NCBI GenBank assembly: GCA_964016885.1
Contig: OZ024742.1
Location: 96,720,001-96,784,000 of the forward strand
DNA from: Eledone cirrhosa
Taxonomy: Eukaryota
Length of the DNA stretch: 64,000 bases
Direction: 5' to 3'
Below, in pieces: positions 1 to 12,850 of the stretch. The stretch's first letter is position 1. Each line of letters begins with the position of its first letter. The position numbers were made by a program, and so were the translations under genes. The notes under the pieces are model-generated. The model was given only the letters and a program-made list of their open reading frames with translations. It was not told the DNA's origin and did not search any database.

Positions 1-1
1 A

Positions 2-620
2 ACAGTGATAATGGTGGTAGCAGTTGTGGGGGTGGTAGCCACAGTGATAATGGTGGTAGCAGTGGTGGGGGTGGTAGCCACAGTGATAATGGTGGTAGCA
101 GTTGTGAGGGTGGTAGCCACAGTGATAATGGTGGTAGCAGTTGTGGGGGTGGTAACAGCAGTGATAATGGTGGTGGCAGTGGTGGGGGTGGTAGCCACAG
201 TGATAATGGTGGTAGCAGTGGTGGGGGTGGTAGCCACAGTGATAATGGTGGTAGCAGTGGTGAGGGTGGTAGCCACAGTGATAATGGTGGTAGCAATGGT
301 GAGGGTGGTAGCCACAATGATAATGGTGGTGGCAATGGTGGGGGTGGTAGCCACAGTGATAATGGTGGTAGCAGTGGTGAGGGTGGTAACAGCAGTGATA
401 ATGGTGGTAGAAGTTGTGGGGGTGGTAGCCACAGTGATAATGGTGGTAGCAGTGGTGGGGGTGGTAGCCACAGTGATAATGGTGGTAGCAGTGGTGAGGG
501 TGGTAGCCACAGTGATAATGGTGGTAGCAGTGGTGAGGGTGGTAACAGCAGTGATAATGGTGGTGGCAGTGGGGGGGGGGGGGTAGCCACAGTGATAATG
601 GTGGCGGCAGTGGTGAGGGT
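2..620. repeat. 39-bp minisatellite (ACAGTGATAATGGTGGTAGCAGTGGTGGGGGTGGTAGCC)n, cut by the window start
   Basis: About 15 near-identical 39-bp units read directly. ORF 5..586 is just the translated repeat. Confidence 0.95.
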
Positions 621-882
621 GATGCTGGTGTTAATAGCAGGAGAGATAGCAGCTGTGGCAATGGTGGTGGTGACAACAGTGTTGTTGTAAATATTGTTGA
701 TTATAGCGAAGGCAGCTTTGGTCAAGTAGAATTTTAATCAGTCTTTCCACGACATAGAGCATCTTGGACTAATTTATCTTATGGTTTCTTTTTTAAGTGT
801 GTGAATTGAGGAGGGTTTGGCTACTATTCCGACAAGAATGATTAACCAGGTCACACTTGGCTAATTTGTGTATAATATATGG

Positions 883-1195
883 ATGGTGCCTGGCTTAGTG
901 GTCAGGAGTTTTAACTCATTATAATAAAGTTCGGTAGTTTGATTATCAGCAGTGTGCTGTGTTTCTGAGCAAGACACTTTATTTCGCGCTGCTCTTGTCC
1001 ATTTACCTGGGGGAAATGAGTTCTACCCGTAATTCAAAGAGATAGCCTTGTCCCACTGTGTCCTGTTGAATTTTCCTGACAACTACGTTATGGGTACACG
1101 TGTCTGTGGAATGTTCCACCACTTGCTTGTTAATTTTACAACAGAGTGTTCTAATGTTTGAATCAACAGGGAAAATTGTCAGAATCCCTGGAGTT
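883..1195 (+). mobile_element. tRNA-derived SINE, family 2 (old copy, tail type a)
   Basis: Head TGGCTTAGTGGTCAGG (box A), core TGAGCAAGACACTTTATTTC, and tail containing GGGTACACGTGTCTGTGGAAT. The tail recurs at ~43105-43190, ~43600-43690 and ~62900-63010. Confidence 0.7.
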
Positions 1196-1661
1196 CCAAC
1201 CCAGCGTGCATTATAGAGTTTCTCTGATATGTAGAAAATACATGTATTATGGATGTTTGGTTATGCTCGTAATAATTTTTTTTTTTTTTGATTCGACAAG
1301 TAAATATATTTATTTCATAAATAACATTACAAATCGTTTGCAATTCTTTCAGAATAAAAATATAAACTGAGCATATAAATAAATTTACAGTGGAATAACA
1401 TAACAGATATGTTTTACATATATACATAAATAACATGACAAATGCTTCGATAACATTATAAATAGCTCGCGATTCATTCAGAAAGATATATTCTTTTAAT
1501 GTTGCAATATTAAAGAAAATGTAAAGGAAGGGGTGATAACCGAGCCAACACCAGAGCAAAATACAACAACGTCGCGAGTACTGGGCAACCTCTCTAATGA
1601 TTTTTGAGGCAAGCCAGCACACTCGCAGTGTTGACTCGGGTGATTGTTCCTGCTTTTGACA

Positions 1662-1832
1662 CACTGCCAGCAATTACTCCAGTTCATTACTGGTGCTTTA
1701 TTTTATTGACTACGTAAGGATGAAAGGCAAAGTTAAACTCGGCGGGATTTGAACTCAGAACGTAAAGGGCCATAACCTTATGCTGCAAACACGGTGTCTG
1801 ATGTTCTATCGATACTGCTAATGCACCGCTTA
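1662..1832 (-). mobile_element. tRNA-derived SINE, family 1 (Nin/Deu-domain-like)
   Basis: Reverse complement of the consensus seen at 41132-41515: box B GAGTTCAAATCC and core CTTTGCCTTTCATCCTTACG. Confidence 0.8.
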
Positions 1833-2127
1833 TGCTTGTAATATTGGGAAATGTATATATCTGCGTGTACAGATTTTAAACTTGCAATTCAGAAGATCCT
1901 CGTCAGAGTTAAAGCAGTTTCTTTGCGTAAACTTGTTTATATATTTGGTTATATAACAAATATATAAGATTAAATGGAAATACATACATATAATCAATTA
2001 ATCATTGCTGGGAACCTTATAAACATAAAACACAAAAATATACAATCAAAGCGAAGAAAAACATCAATTCAACAGGAGGTGCGTCAAACGGTCACATACC
2101 ACAATGGTCATCGGAAATGCTTAAAAT

Positions 2128-2310
2128 ATAATTGTTTCTACTTTTGGCACAAGGCCAGCAATTACCCAGTGCATTACTGGTAATTTTATTTTATCGACCC
2201 CCGTAACGATGAAAGGCAAATTTAACCTCGGCGGAATTTGAACTCAGAATGGCAAGTGCCGTAGCTCTATGTGTCAAAGCATGGCGTCCGACCTTCTACC
2301 TATACTGCAA
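2128..2310 (-). mobile_element. SINE family 1 copy
   Basis: Near full-length reverse-complement match to 41132-41323. Confidence 0.85.
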
Positions 2311-2517
2311 TGCCATGTATAAGTAATTATTAGCAAATACAAGTATTAATGTGGTGAGGAAAATAAATATATATATATATACACCTGATCCGATTTACAA
2401 TAAATTAATATATGTATCAAGTATAATAATAAACCAAATGGTTTGTATATTTATATTGATAAAGAATCGCTTGTATATGATATATGTATTATGTATTGTA
2501 TATGAGTATATGGGATA

Positions 2518-2698
2518 ATAGTTGTTTCTACGTTAGGCACAAGGCCAGCAAATCACCAGTGCATTACTGGTACTTTATTTTATCGACCCCGTAAGGATGA
2601 AAGACTTAAGTCAACCTCGGCGGGATTTGAACTCAGATCGTAAAGGGTCGTAACTATGCTGGAAAGCATGGCGTCCGACCCTCTACCGATACTGCCAA
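2518..2698 (-). mobile_element. SINE family 1 copy
   Basis: Near full-length reverse-complement match to 41326-41515. Confidence 0.85.
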
Positions 2699-2859
2699 GG
2701 ATAATAGTATTTGATATATAGTCTAGACATGGTGAGAGGATGGGCTCCACCAGATTTCACATGCTAGGGCGTATCTACAACTCCATGAGGAGTTATGGGT
2801 CCATACATATATATGTAAAATGTAGTACATAGTATATCAAGTTATTTAGGCTTATATCA

Positions 2860-3152
2860 GTTATGATGACGATGATGTTGATTGTTTTTGTTATTGTTGT
2901 TGATATTGTTTAGCTACATGTTATTGTTGGAGTTGTTATTGAAGAAGATGGTGGTAGTGTTGGTAGTTGTGTTATTGCTTTTTATGTTGTTGTCGGTGGT
3001 GGCGCTGTTATTGTTGATGATGATGTTGCTGTTGTTATTTTACTGGTGGTGGATGTTGTTGTAGTAATGTTGGTTGTTGTTGTTGTTGTTGTTGTTGCTG
3101 TTGGTGTGGCTGTTTTTATTGGTGTTGTTGTTATTGTTTGTCATTGGTCATG
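2860..3152. repeat. (GTT)n-rich low-complexity tract
   Basis: Degenerate trinucleotide repeats. Confidence 0.9.
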
Positions 3153-3246
3153 TTATGACTTTAATGACTTCTTTAAAGATGAGGTAGCCATAGCAACCAG
3201 ACTGCGTTTTGTTGGTTTGTCCTGAACAGACAGCGACTTTGGCCTT

Positions 3247-4722
3247 GTGGTGGCTGGAGGTGGTGTTGGTGGTGGTGGTGGTGTTGGTGGGGGTGTTGGT
3301 GGGGGTGGTGGTGGTTGTAGCGGTGGTGGTGTTGGTGGTGGTTGTAGCGGTGGTGGTGTTGTTATTGGTGGTGGTGGTTGTAGCGGTGGCGGTGTTGGTG
3401 GTGGTGGTGGTGGTTGTAGAGGTGGTGGTGTTGGTGGTGGTTGTAGCGGTGTTGGTGGTGGTGGTTGTAGCGGTGGTGATGTTGGTGGTGGTTGTAGCGG
3501 TGGTGGTGTTGTTATTGGTGGTGGTGGTTGTAGCGGTGGCGGTGTTGGTGGTGGTGGTGGTGGTTGTAGCGGTGGTGGTGGTGGTGGTTGTAGAGGTGGT
3601 GGTGTTGGTGGTGGTTGTAGCGGTGTTGGTGGTGGTGGTTGTAGCGGTGGTGGTGTTGGTGGTGGTTGTAGCGGTGGTGGTGTTGTTATTGGTGGTGGTG
3701 GTTGTAGCGGTGGCGGTGTTGGTGGTGGTGGTGGTGGTTGTAGCGGTGGTGGTGTTGGTGGTGGTGGCGGAGTTGTAGCGGTGGTGGAGTGGGTGGTGGT
3801 TGTAGCGGTGATGGTGTTGGTGGTGGTTGTAGCGGTGGTGGTGTTGGTGGTGGTTGTAGCGGTGGCGGTGTTGGTGGTGGTGGTGGTGGTTGTAGCGGTG
3901 GTGGTGTTGGTGGTGGTGGCGGAGTTGTAGCGGTGGTGGAGTGGGTGGTGGTTGTAGCGGTGATGGTGTTGGTGGTGGTTGTAGCGGTGGTGGTGTTGGT
4001 GGTGGTTGTAGCGATGGTGGTGTTGGTGATGGTTGTATCGGTGGTGGAGTGGGTGGGGGTTGTAGCGGTGGTGGTGGTGGTGGTTGTAGTAGTGGTGGAG
4101 TGTGTGGTGGAGTTGTAGCGGTGGTGGAGTGGGTGGTGGTTGTAGCGGTGATGGTGTTGGTGATAGTTGTAGTGGTGGTCGTGTTGGTGGTGGTTGTAGT
4201 GGTGGTGCTGGGTGTGGTGGTGGTGGTTGTAGCGGTGGTCGTGTTGGTGGTGGTTGTTTGTGGTGGTTCTGTGTGTGGTGGTGGTTGTAGTGATGGTGGT
4301 GTTGGTGGTGGTTGTAGTGGTGGTGCTGGGTGCGGTAGTGGTGGTTGTAGTGGTGGTGCTGGGTGTGGTGGTGGTGGTTGTAGCGGTGGTCGTGTTGGTT
4401 GTGGGTGTGGTGGTGGTGGTTGTAGCGGTGGTCGTGTTGGTGGTGGGTGTGGTGGTGGTGGTTGTAGCGGTGGTCGTGTTGGTGGTGGTTGTAGCGGTTG
4501 TGGAGTGGGTGGTGGTCGTAGAGGTGGTTATAGCGGTGGTCGTGTTGGTGGTTGTAGTGGTGGTGGTGTTGGTGGTGGTTGTGGTGGTGGTGGTGTTGGT
4601 GGCGCTTGTAGTGATGGTGTTGGTGGCGGTTGTAGTGGTGGTGGTGTTGGTGACGCATGTAGTGGTGGTGGTGTTGGTGGTAATGATGATGGTGGTAGTT
4701 GTGGTGGTGGTCGTCGTCGTTG
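3247..4722. repeat. Compound (GGT)n/GGTTGTAGC minisatellite with higher-order duplications
   Basis: GGT runs punctuated by TGTAGC and GTT. Blocks repeat, e.g. 3769-3920 vs 3921-4070. Confidence 0.95.
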
Positions 4723-4749
4723 TATTATATAGTCTGAAGTAAAGACATT

Positions 4750-6092
4750 TGGTTTGGTATGTTTGTCGTGGTCTGGTGTGGTGTGTGTTGCGATATGGTG
4801 TAATGTGAAGTGTGGTGTGGTGTGTAGTGTGGTTTGGTTTAGTGGTATGGTGAAGTGGTGTGGATTATAGTGCGGTGTGGTATTGAGTGATGTGGTGTGG
4901 AATAATATGGTGTGGAGTTTAGTGGCATATGATATGGTGGTGTGTGTGTTTGTGTGTTAATGGCATGAAATGTAGTGCGGTATTGTCATATGTGCTGTGG
5001 GGTAGTGTGTAGTGTGATGTAGTGTGTAGTGTGGTGCAGTATGGTCTGATGGGGTATGTTGAGCTGTAACTGTCTGGTGTGATGAAACGTAAATTATGGT
5101 TTGTAGCTGTACAGGAGAGGAGGGTGTCTTCAAATAGTGTGGAGGTAGCTGTGCAGTCAGATGTCACAGAATATGATGTGATGAGAGTAGAGGTGTCTGT
5201 GCGAGGGAAGAATAAGATTCACACAAAAATATGTGGTATGGGTGTGGGTGTCTGTACGGGGTGAAGAGGTGGTAACAGAATGTTGTGTGGTGAGGGGATA
5301 TGTTTGAGGAGAGAGGTGGAGGTGGATTTGGTGTGGTGTGAGGTTGAGGTGGCGGAGGAGTCATTCAAATTGACTGCCAAGAATTTGGGGCTGCTCCATT
5401 GATGACTAGTCGCTCCGTTGAACCGTAGCCAAACACCTTTACAATGACAGTCACCAAAGAGGAACCACTGAGAGAGGGAGTTGGGTTGTTGTTGTTTAGC
5501 CACAGGTCGGCCTTAATTGAGCACACTTATGATCAAAGGCCTTCCAATTATGACAAACCAATCTTTTCCCTACGGAACATATCACCTTTTCCAGAAACAC
5601 ATTATCAAAAATCTCTCTTTTTAGATGGCAAGTTATAATTTGAAGGCGATTTGCCTGCTAGTTTTAGCAGATCGATCGTGTGATCATGTTCAAGTCCATC
5701 ATTGGGTCATGTGGTGATGATCATGGAAGTTGTGGCAGTGGTATTGGTTATGGTGGAGGTGTGGGGTTGCAGTGGTAATGGTTTGGGTGATAGTATTGGG
5801 TGTGGTCGCAGTGACGGAGGAGTGATGATGGTAGAGTTGTTAGTGGTTGTATTGGCGGTATGCATTGGTTTCCTTTCTAGAGGTGCTAGTAGTGGTGTGG
5901 TCTGGTTTATGTGGTGATGGCTGAGGCATGGTGATAGAGATGGGTTTGTTGGTGATGGCAATAGTTATGATAGTGATAGGTTTTCGTTTCTTTGGTGGTG
6001 ATAACTGATGCTTAATGATGAGGTAGTGATTATGTTGTTAGTGGTTGTGGTCGTGTGATGATGATGTTTGCTACGTATCATAACTATAGCAG

Positions 6093-6123
<31 letters not shown>

Positions 6124-7190
6124 GAGAAGAAGGAGGGGGTGGAGGAGGAAAACTGGAAGCAATTAGGATAGAAGTGGGGTGGTGATAATAGAACTGTTAA
6201 TGCTAATGTTTAGTGTTGGGTTGTGATAATGAATGGGCGGTGGGTAGCATGAAGAGGTTATTGGCAGTTGCGAGGTACTTCTTGTAGTAGTAGTAGTAGT
6301 AGTAGTAGTGGTGATAGTAATAGCAGTGGTAGTAGTAGTATTAGTAGTAGTAGTAGTGGTGGTCGTGGTTGTGGTACTGACAGAACTAATGATAGTGGAG
6401 GAGGTGGTGATAATAGTGGTCATTATTTTTACACCATGCTTTCCAGCATAGTTACGTCCCTTTACGGTCTGAGTTCAAATCCCGCCGAGGTTTACTTTGC
6501 CTTTCATCCTTACGGGGTCGATAAAATAAAGTACCAGTAATACACTGGGTATTTGCTGGCCTCGTGCCTAAAGTAGAAACAATTATTTTTATATGGAAAG
6601 AGCATGCGCGTGCGCACATACACACACACACAATAACCTTATAATAGGGGAGGGGGTCATTTTATGATAGAGTTGTTGGAGTTACAGAAGCCCTGTCAGC
6701 TGTAGTAATCGTCTAGATATGGTAGCGAGAATGGTGGTAGTGGTAATAGTAGTAGTCATAGTGATGTTGATAGTTGTGTTGATTGCAGCAGTAGTGGTGC
6801 TGATGCTGGCAGTGGCGGTAATAATAATGGTGGTGGTGGTGGTGGTGGTGGTTGAATTATAAAAGCAATACCAGGGTGGTGGTGAGAGGGAGTAACAGTG
6901 TGATGGTTGGATGATTTGGGATAAAGGGATGTCTCAATGTCATCTGGATGAGCATGAAGGAATTGGCACTGTTATCTGGGTGCTGGTGCTGGTGCTGGTG
7001 ATGGTAGTGGTGGTGGTGGTGTTTCTGTAGAGGTGGGTATCATTGTTTTGGTTGCAGTGATGTTGGTTATGTTAATGGTGATGTTGGTTGTGTTGGTAGT
7101 GGTGTTTTTGTGAAGGTGGTGCTTTTGTTTTGGTTGTGATAGAGGTGGTGGTGGTGGTGGTGATGTCTTGATGGTGGTGGTGGTGGGGTT
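4750..7190. repeat. Degenerate GT/GGT/GAT/AGT-rich low-complexity region with embedded SINE fragments
   Basis: Strong G+T skew on the plus strand and decayed tri-/pentanucleotide repeats. Confidence 0.8.
6434..6585 (+). mobile_element. SINE family 1 copy (5'-truncated)
   Basis: Matches 41363-41515. Confidence 0.85.
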
Positions 7191-7239
7191 ATGGAATGCT
7201 TGATACTATAATGACAGTATTGGCAACTTTATTGGTCAC

Positions 7240-7585
7240 AGTGATGATGATGTTGATGCAATGGTGAGGATTATGATGATAATGTTGATGACATTGGTGA
7301 TGATTATGATGATGATGATGCTCATAGCATTGTTGATGATTATGGTGATGATGATGTTGATTGCAATGGTGAAGATTATGATGATGATTATGATGACAAT
7401 GGTGCGGATTATGACGATGATGATGATGGCAATGATGCGGATTATGATAATAATGTTGATGATTATAGTGAGGATTATAACAATCATGGTCATAGTAATG
7501 ATGATGATTATGACGATGATGTTCATGGCATTGTTGATAATTTTGGTGATGATGATGTTGGCAATGATGAAGATTATAGGGATGG
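7240..7585. repeat. (ATG)n-derived minisatellite
   Basis: Recurring CAATGGTG(A/C)GGATTATGATGAT units. Confidence 0.9.
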
Positions 7586-8044
7586 GGGTGATCTAACCTC
7601 AACTTCATCAGACAAGCGATTGTTGTCGAAGTTATACTCACTTCTCTGATATAAATATGTGCTTGACATGTGTGCATTGGAGGCAGCAGAGCCCGGATTA
7701 TAGCCGATGCGACAAGATTGGAGGCAGAGAACGAGTCGCTTCACCTCGCGTCCCAGAGAGAGAGAGAGAGAGAGTCAAAGAGGGAGAGATAGAGAGAGGG
7801 GAGAGAGTTATTGCAGAGTATTTCATTTGAAATAGAGCCATAGAATGTTAGGTTTAGCTCGCAATAATTAAGAGAGGTGATAGAATTGATTCAAATATGA
7901 GTAATTAAGTAAAACACAATATCATATGACCTACACATACCATGTTCGTTTCCAGGTGCCGACATATATCAGGTACCATCTTCACATTATTGATGCCAGC
8001 TAAACTGCAGTTCCTTGCCTTAATAATGATGTTATTAGAATGCT

Positions 8045-8170
8045 GGTGAATTGTCAGAATTGGTAAAACCTTTGATAAAACGTCATATTTGTTTTGGCTC
8101 TTTACATTGAGTTCAATTCCCGCCGAGATAAACTTTGTCTTTCATCTTTCCGGGGACGATAAAATAAGTG
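8045..8170 (+). mobile_element. SINE family 1, diverged copy
   Basis: GAGTTCAATTCCCGCCGAG...CTTTGTCTTTCATCTTTCCGGGGACGATAAAATAAG. Confidence 0.7.
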
Positions 8171-8178
8171 TCACTCTC

Positions 8179-8371
8179 AGACATACCAACCTCTTAAAAC
8201 CCAAACGGGTAGTACCATGGATAAAACTGCCCCAAATTGGGGAGAAATAAGGCAAAATTGGGAGATTTTACATAAGAAAAACTATACCCATTTCACTAAA
8301 ACAGGGAGACGGGGAGAAATGAGACAAAATGGAGAGATCTCCTCGTCGGTCGGGGTGAGTTGACAGATACG
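8179..8371. mobile_element. Decayed MITE, probably hAT-type
   Basis: Imperfect TIRs CAGACATACCAACCTC / GAGTTGACAGATACG, with repeated subterminal GGGAGA motifs. Confidence 0.45.
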
Positions 8372-8951
8372 CAGTCTTTAAATCAACTTTGCTCTTCTCC
8401 CAAATTTGTTCTCCCTATACCTTAAATAGATATAAAAACTAATGCTACTAGTAACATTATTTCATTTCATTTGTCGTAAATGTTTTCTTTATCTGTTCAA
8501 ATGTATTTCATTTTATAAAATACATTTTCTCTTTTATGCAAAAGAATTACAGCTAGGAAAGGGAGGACATCTGGCTATAAAACATTGCCTCAATGATGAA
8601 TATAAAGTCTGTCATGGAATCCGCAAGGCATTGAAGCTGGGTGGGTATACAAATTCGCTTGGGGATTTTCTCACCACCTGCAATGGTTAACATTGTTGTT
8701 TGTTTTATAAATATATGTTAGTTCTTTCTTCTAGTTTTAAGAATAGTTAGTAAAGTCAAGACTTCAAAGAACGTATTTCAAAACATTTGTTATAAACTTT
8801 ATGATAAACAATCTAAGGATGCACCATAGGAATGTAAAAGGGGGGGGGGGGGTGCCAGGCATTACCCCTCTTTGCCGCAAGACTAACTCCCTGCTTTATA
8901 GTAGAGAAAATAACTTTAAAACGTTTGTTCGTTTTTTTTTCTTTCTAACTC

Positions 8952-9332
8952 GACGTGGCAGTATCGGTAAAGGGTCGGACGCCATGCTGTGACGCGTAGG
9001 GTTACGGCCCTTGCCATTCTGAGTTCAAATCCCACCGAGGTTAACTTTGCCTTTCATCCTTACGGGGTCGATAAACTTAAGTACCAGTAATGCACTGGGT
9101 AATTGCTGGCCTTGTGCCAAAAGTAGAAACAATTATTTAAAACGTGGATTGGCAGTATCGCTATAGAGTCGGACGCCATGCTTTGACACATAGAGTTACG
9201 GCCCTTGCCATTCTAAGTTCAAATCCCACCCAGGTTAACTTTGTCTTTCATCCTTACGGGGTCGATAAACTTCAGTACCAGTAATGCACTAGGTAATTGC
9301 TGGCATTGTGCCAAAAGTAGAAACAATTATTT
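8952..9332 (+). mobile_element. Head-to-tail dimer of SINE family 1
   Basis: Two consecutive ~190-bp copies (8952-9137 and 9144-9332). Confidence 0.9.
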
Positions 9333-9649
9333 AAAACGCCTTTAATGAAAGTTTTGAGGTTGTATATGTTGCAATCATACTTCGGGGCTCACATATTTCA
9401 CCACTACTTAAGATGAAGAAGCCATCTTGAATTAAGATTAAAGAAATATGTGTAAAAATTTAAAGTATATCAATTTCCGGGTCCATACATTATTTTTCCA
9501 ACACAAGGTAAATGAAGCAGAATCTCAAATCATCCGAAGATGGCAAAACAATAAGATAAATAAACTATTATTCTTCAAGTAAAAGCGAAACGGTTAATCC
9601 AATTTTCCCCAGAGCTGTATTGGTCATGGCTATTCACCTCAAAGCATAA

Positions 9650-10395
9650 TAATGATTGTTTCAAGGCCAGCAATTTGTGGGACGGTGAAAAGTGGTTTCT
9701 ATCAGCCCAGTACGTAATTGTTATTATATTTTTTCAACCGCAATATGATGGACAACAAAGTTGACCTTGGTGGGATTTGAACGCAGAATGTAGAGAGTTG
9801 TAATTAAATGCCATATAGAATTTTGTCAGGATCTCTAATAATTCTGCCAATCAACTGGCCTAGTAATAATTGTTTCTACTTTTAGCACAAGGTCAGTAAT
9901 TTGAAGGGAAGAGAAAGTCGATTATACCGACCCAGTGTGTCACTGGTATTTTATTTTATTGATCACGGCGTTACTGGTACTTTATTTTATCGACAGGCGA
10001 GATTTGAATACAGTGTAAAGGGCCGTAACTATATGGAGCAAAATAATTTTGTCCAATACCAACAATTCTGCCAATAACAAAAATAATAAGGGTTTCTGAT
10101 TCAGGCACACGACCAACAATTTTTGGGGGAGGGGAAGTCAATTAAATTGACCCCAGTGTGTTACTGGTACTTTATTTTATCGACCCTGTAATATGAAAGG
10201 CAAAGCTGCTTTCCGCAAGATTTGAATCTAGAACGTAGAATGTTGTAACCAAATACTCCAATACATTTCCTTCAACGCACTTATGATTTTGCTAAAAATT
10301 TATGGTCTTTATTTAGGTACAAGCTTAGAAACTTGGTGGCAAAATGGAGTCGAATTCAGCCCAGTAATTGAGTGCTAATTTATTTTATCCATACT
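9650..10395 (-). mobile_element. Array of 3-4 older SINE family 1 copies
   Basis: Repeated GGCACAAGGCCAGCAAT...GTCGATT...GACCCCAGT...ACTGGTACTTTATTTTATCGACC...GATTTGAA on the plus strand. Confidence 0.8.
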
Positions 10396-11191
10396 GAAAA
10401 ATTGAATGGTAAAATTGAGCTTAGCTGAATTTGAACTAAAAATGTAAACGGTTGGAAAAAAGAAATGTTGTTCATCTTTCTAACAACTCTGTCAATGATG
10501 ATAATGGTGACGGTAATGATGATTACAGAGGTAGTGGTATTAATTGACGCTGGTGGTAGGGTAGTTTTGGTGCTATTTGTGGTGCTGATGTGGTATATCA
10601 CCTGAAAAGGAAGAATTGAACAATGTACACAAAAAACAGACGCGCAGATTCACACACAGACACCCACGTAAGTGAAAACTAACAAAGACTCAAGAAATGC
10701 AACATTAGAATAATAGAAATAATAATTAATCCGTTCCTTGGAACCTGAAGACATCCATGGAATCAGTGAACCAAGATACATTTCCATGAGACGTCGTTGT
10801 AATTAGTTTTTTCCTTACTTCGATGTTGTTACATTTTCATTACTACTACTACTGCTGCTACGAACACCACACAGTAGTAGTAGTAGTAGTGGTGGTGGTG
10901 GTGGTGGTAGCAGTAGTGAAGAGAGAGAGTGGTAGAAGTGAGGGAAGTGAATTGTAATGATTTCTTTATTTGCCACGATAAGAATAATAACAATAATGTC
11001 TCTGTGTAATTCTATATATAGAAACATGTATCTGATGTTATTTTTTAAGATTGAATTGTTCTGAATGACTATTTTCTGAGTGATTAAACAACGAATATTC
11101 ACATTTCGACTTTGATATTCAGATTAAGAAACGCATATACAATACACGTACGCACTCTATCACATCATAATCACACACAGACACACACACG

Positions 11192-11390
<199 letters not shown>

Positions 11391-11399
11391 AGTGTATAT

Positions 11400-11742
11400 G
11401 AAGGCATATGGCTTAGAGGTTAGAACGTTAAGCTCACAGTCATAAGGTTGTGAGTTCGAATCTCAGACCGGCGATGCACTGTGTTCTTGAGCAAAACACT
11501 TTACTTTACTTTTCACGTTGCTCCAGTTCACTCGGCTGTAGAAATAAAATGCGACGTCACTGGCATCAAGCCATATAGGGCATTACCTTCCTCTTGCACA
11601 AGATCAGTGGCACGGGATGGGAGGCTGCCATGCGTACGTGACAGCTGATCTTCCACAAACACGCCTTGCTCAGGCTTCTGCCATGGAACAGAACTTTCTA
11701 GGTGCAAAACCATGGTCATTCGTGACCGAAGGGGGTATACCA
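11400..11742 (+). mobile_element. SINE family 2 copy (tail type b)
   Basis: Box A TGGCTTAGAGGTTAGA, box B GAGTTCGAATC, core TTCTTGAGCAAAACACTTT...GCTCCAGTTCACTCGGCTG. The tail is shared with the reverse copy at ~44825-45125. Confidence 0.8.
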
Positions 11743-11767
11743 TATAGTGTGTATATATATATATATA

Positions 11768-12062
11768 TACAAATAGAGAAGTGTGTAAAAAATGATTACA
11801 TGTGAGTTTAACCGTTACTGTATGGAGAACAATACCTACAGATTAGCAATTAAATAGAAAAAAACTAAGTCAGAATCAAATCACTGAAGTAGAGTTTTAA
11901 ATTACTAACCTTATAACTATAAGCTTGCTGATATGTAATAATTTTTTACACACTTCTCACTTCTCTATTTGTATTTGAGCTCAGATGAAAATTCTCTGTT
12001 CTTCTTCGAGCTAATATTATTATTACTGTGAACTGCGGAATACTTTAATTCCGATATTTGTG
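11768..12062. mobile_element. Small fold-back element in (TA)n, Penelope-pLTR-like, decayed
   Basis: Inverted arms TACAAATAGAGAAGTGTGTAAAAAATGATTACAT (11768-11801) vs 11934-11974, followed by a unique tail. Confidence 0.5.
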
Positions 12063-12080
12063 TATATATATATATATATA

Positions 12081-12338
12081 CGAGGTGGATCAGAAAAGTT
12101 CCAGGACTGATGTCACAAAAGATTTATTTCAAACCCAAACTTCACGCTAAGAGTGTTCTTCTTCAAAGTAATCCCCCTGAGTCTAATGTACTTTTCCATC
12201 CTTTTCGCTGCAGAGAGCTAAGATTACAGTTACATACTCCAGGGGGATTACTTTGAAGGAGAAAACTCTTAGTGTGAAGTTTGGGTTTGAAATAAATCTT
12301 TTGTGACATCAGTCCTGGAACTTTTCTAACACAACTCG
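12081..12338. mobile_element. Mariner-derived MITE
   Basis: TA|CGAGG...CTCG|TA ends and ~100-bp inverted arms (GAAAAGTTCCAGGACTGATGTCACAAAAG...). Confidence 0.85.
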
Positions 12339-12346
12339 TATATATA

Positions 12347-12732
12347 TGTTTAACGAAGGGTATAAATAATAATTAGAATGTTATATGTGGTTATTAGAAA
12401 TAACAATAATAATAAGAATAAATGATTTTAGTTTATATATGGTTTACTTCACTTCAATCAAAAAAGTACAATAAAACAGTTACCAAGAGTTGAGAAGGTA
12501 GACAATGTTATTTTTGTTGTTGGTTCATGGGGCTGTTGTAGTCTGTTGTAGTCTGTAGTAGTTGACTGTTGTTGTTGTTGTAAAAACAGCGAGTGAACAG
12601 GTAATGCTGTTGTTGTTGGAGTCCGTGTTCTGAGAGCATAGTGAGTGAGAGAGAGTAATGGTCTGTATTTGATTGTAGATTTTGACCTTTAGGTGTCACC
12701 CAAGGTTAAAGGCGTGGACAGATTTCGCTACA
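12347..12732 (-). mobile_element. Probable solo LTR
   Basis: TG...CA termini with a short imperfect inverted repeat (TGTTTAACGAA / TTCGCTACA), TATA on both flanks, ~385 bp. Confidence 0.5.
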
Positions 12733-12817
12733 TATATATGTGTGTGTGTGTGTGTGTGTGGGTGTGTGTGTATATATATATATACATATATGTATATTTA
12801 TATATACATATATATTT

Positions 12818-12850
<33 letters not shown>

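Noticed and set aside
5-586. 193-aa hydrophobic repeat ORF, or a CRISPR-like array
   Set aside because: Pure 39-bp tandem repeat with no unique spacers and no cas genes, in a eukaryotic context.
3153-4742. Long Gly/Cys-, Val- or Pro/His-rich ORFs suggesting a structural protein
   Set aside because: Several frames on both strands are open because the repeat lacks stop codons. The register shifts between blocks and there is no signal peptide or clear splice context.
7189-7677. His-, Ile- or Met-rich ORFs
   Set aside because: Translations of an (ATG)n-derived minisatellite.
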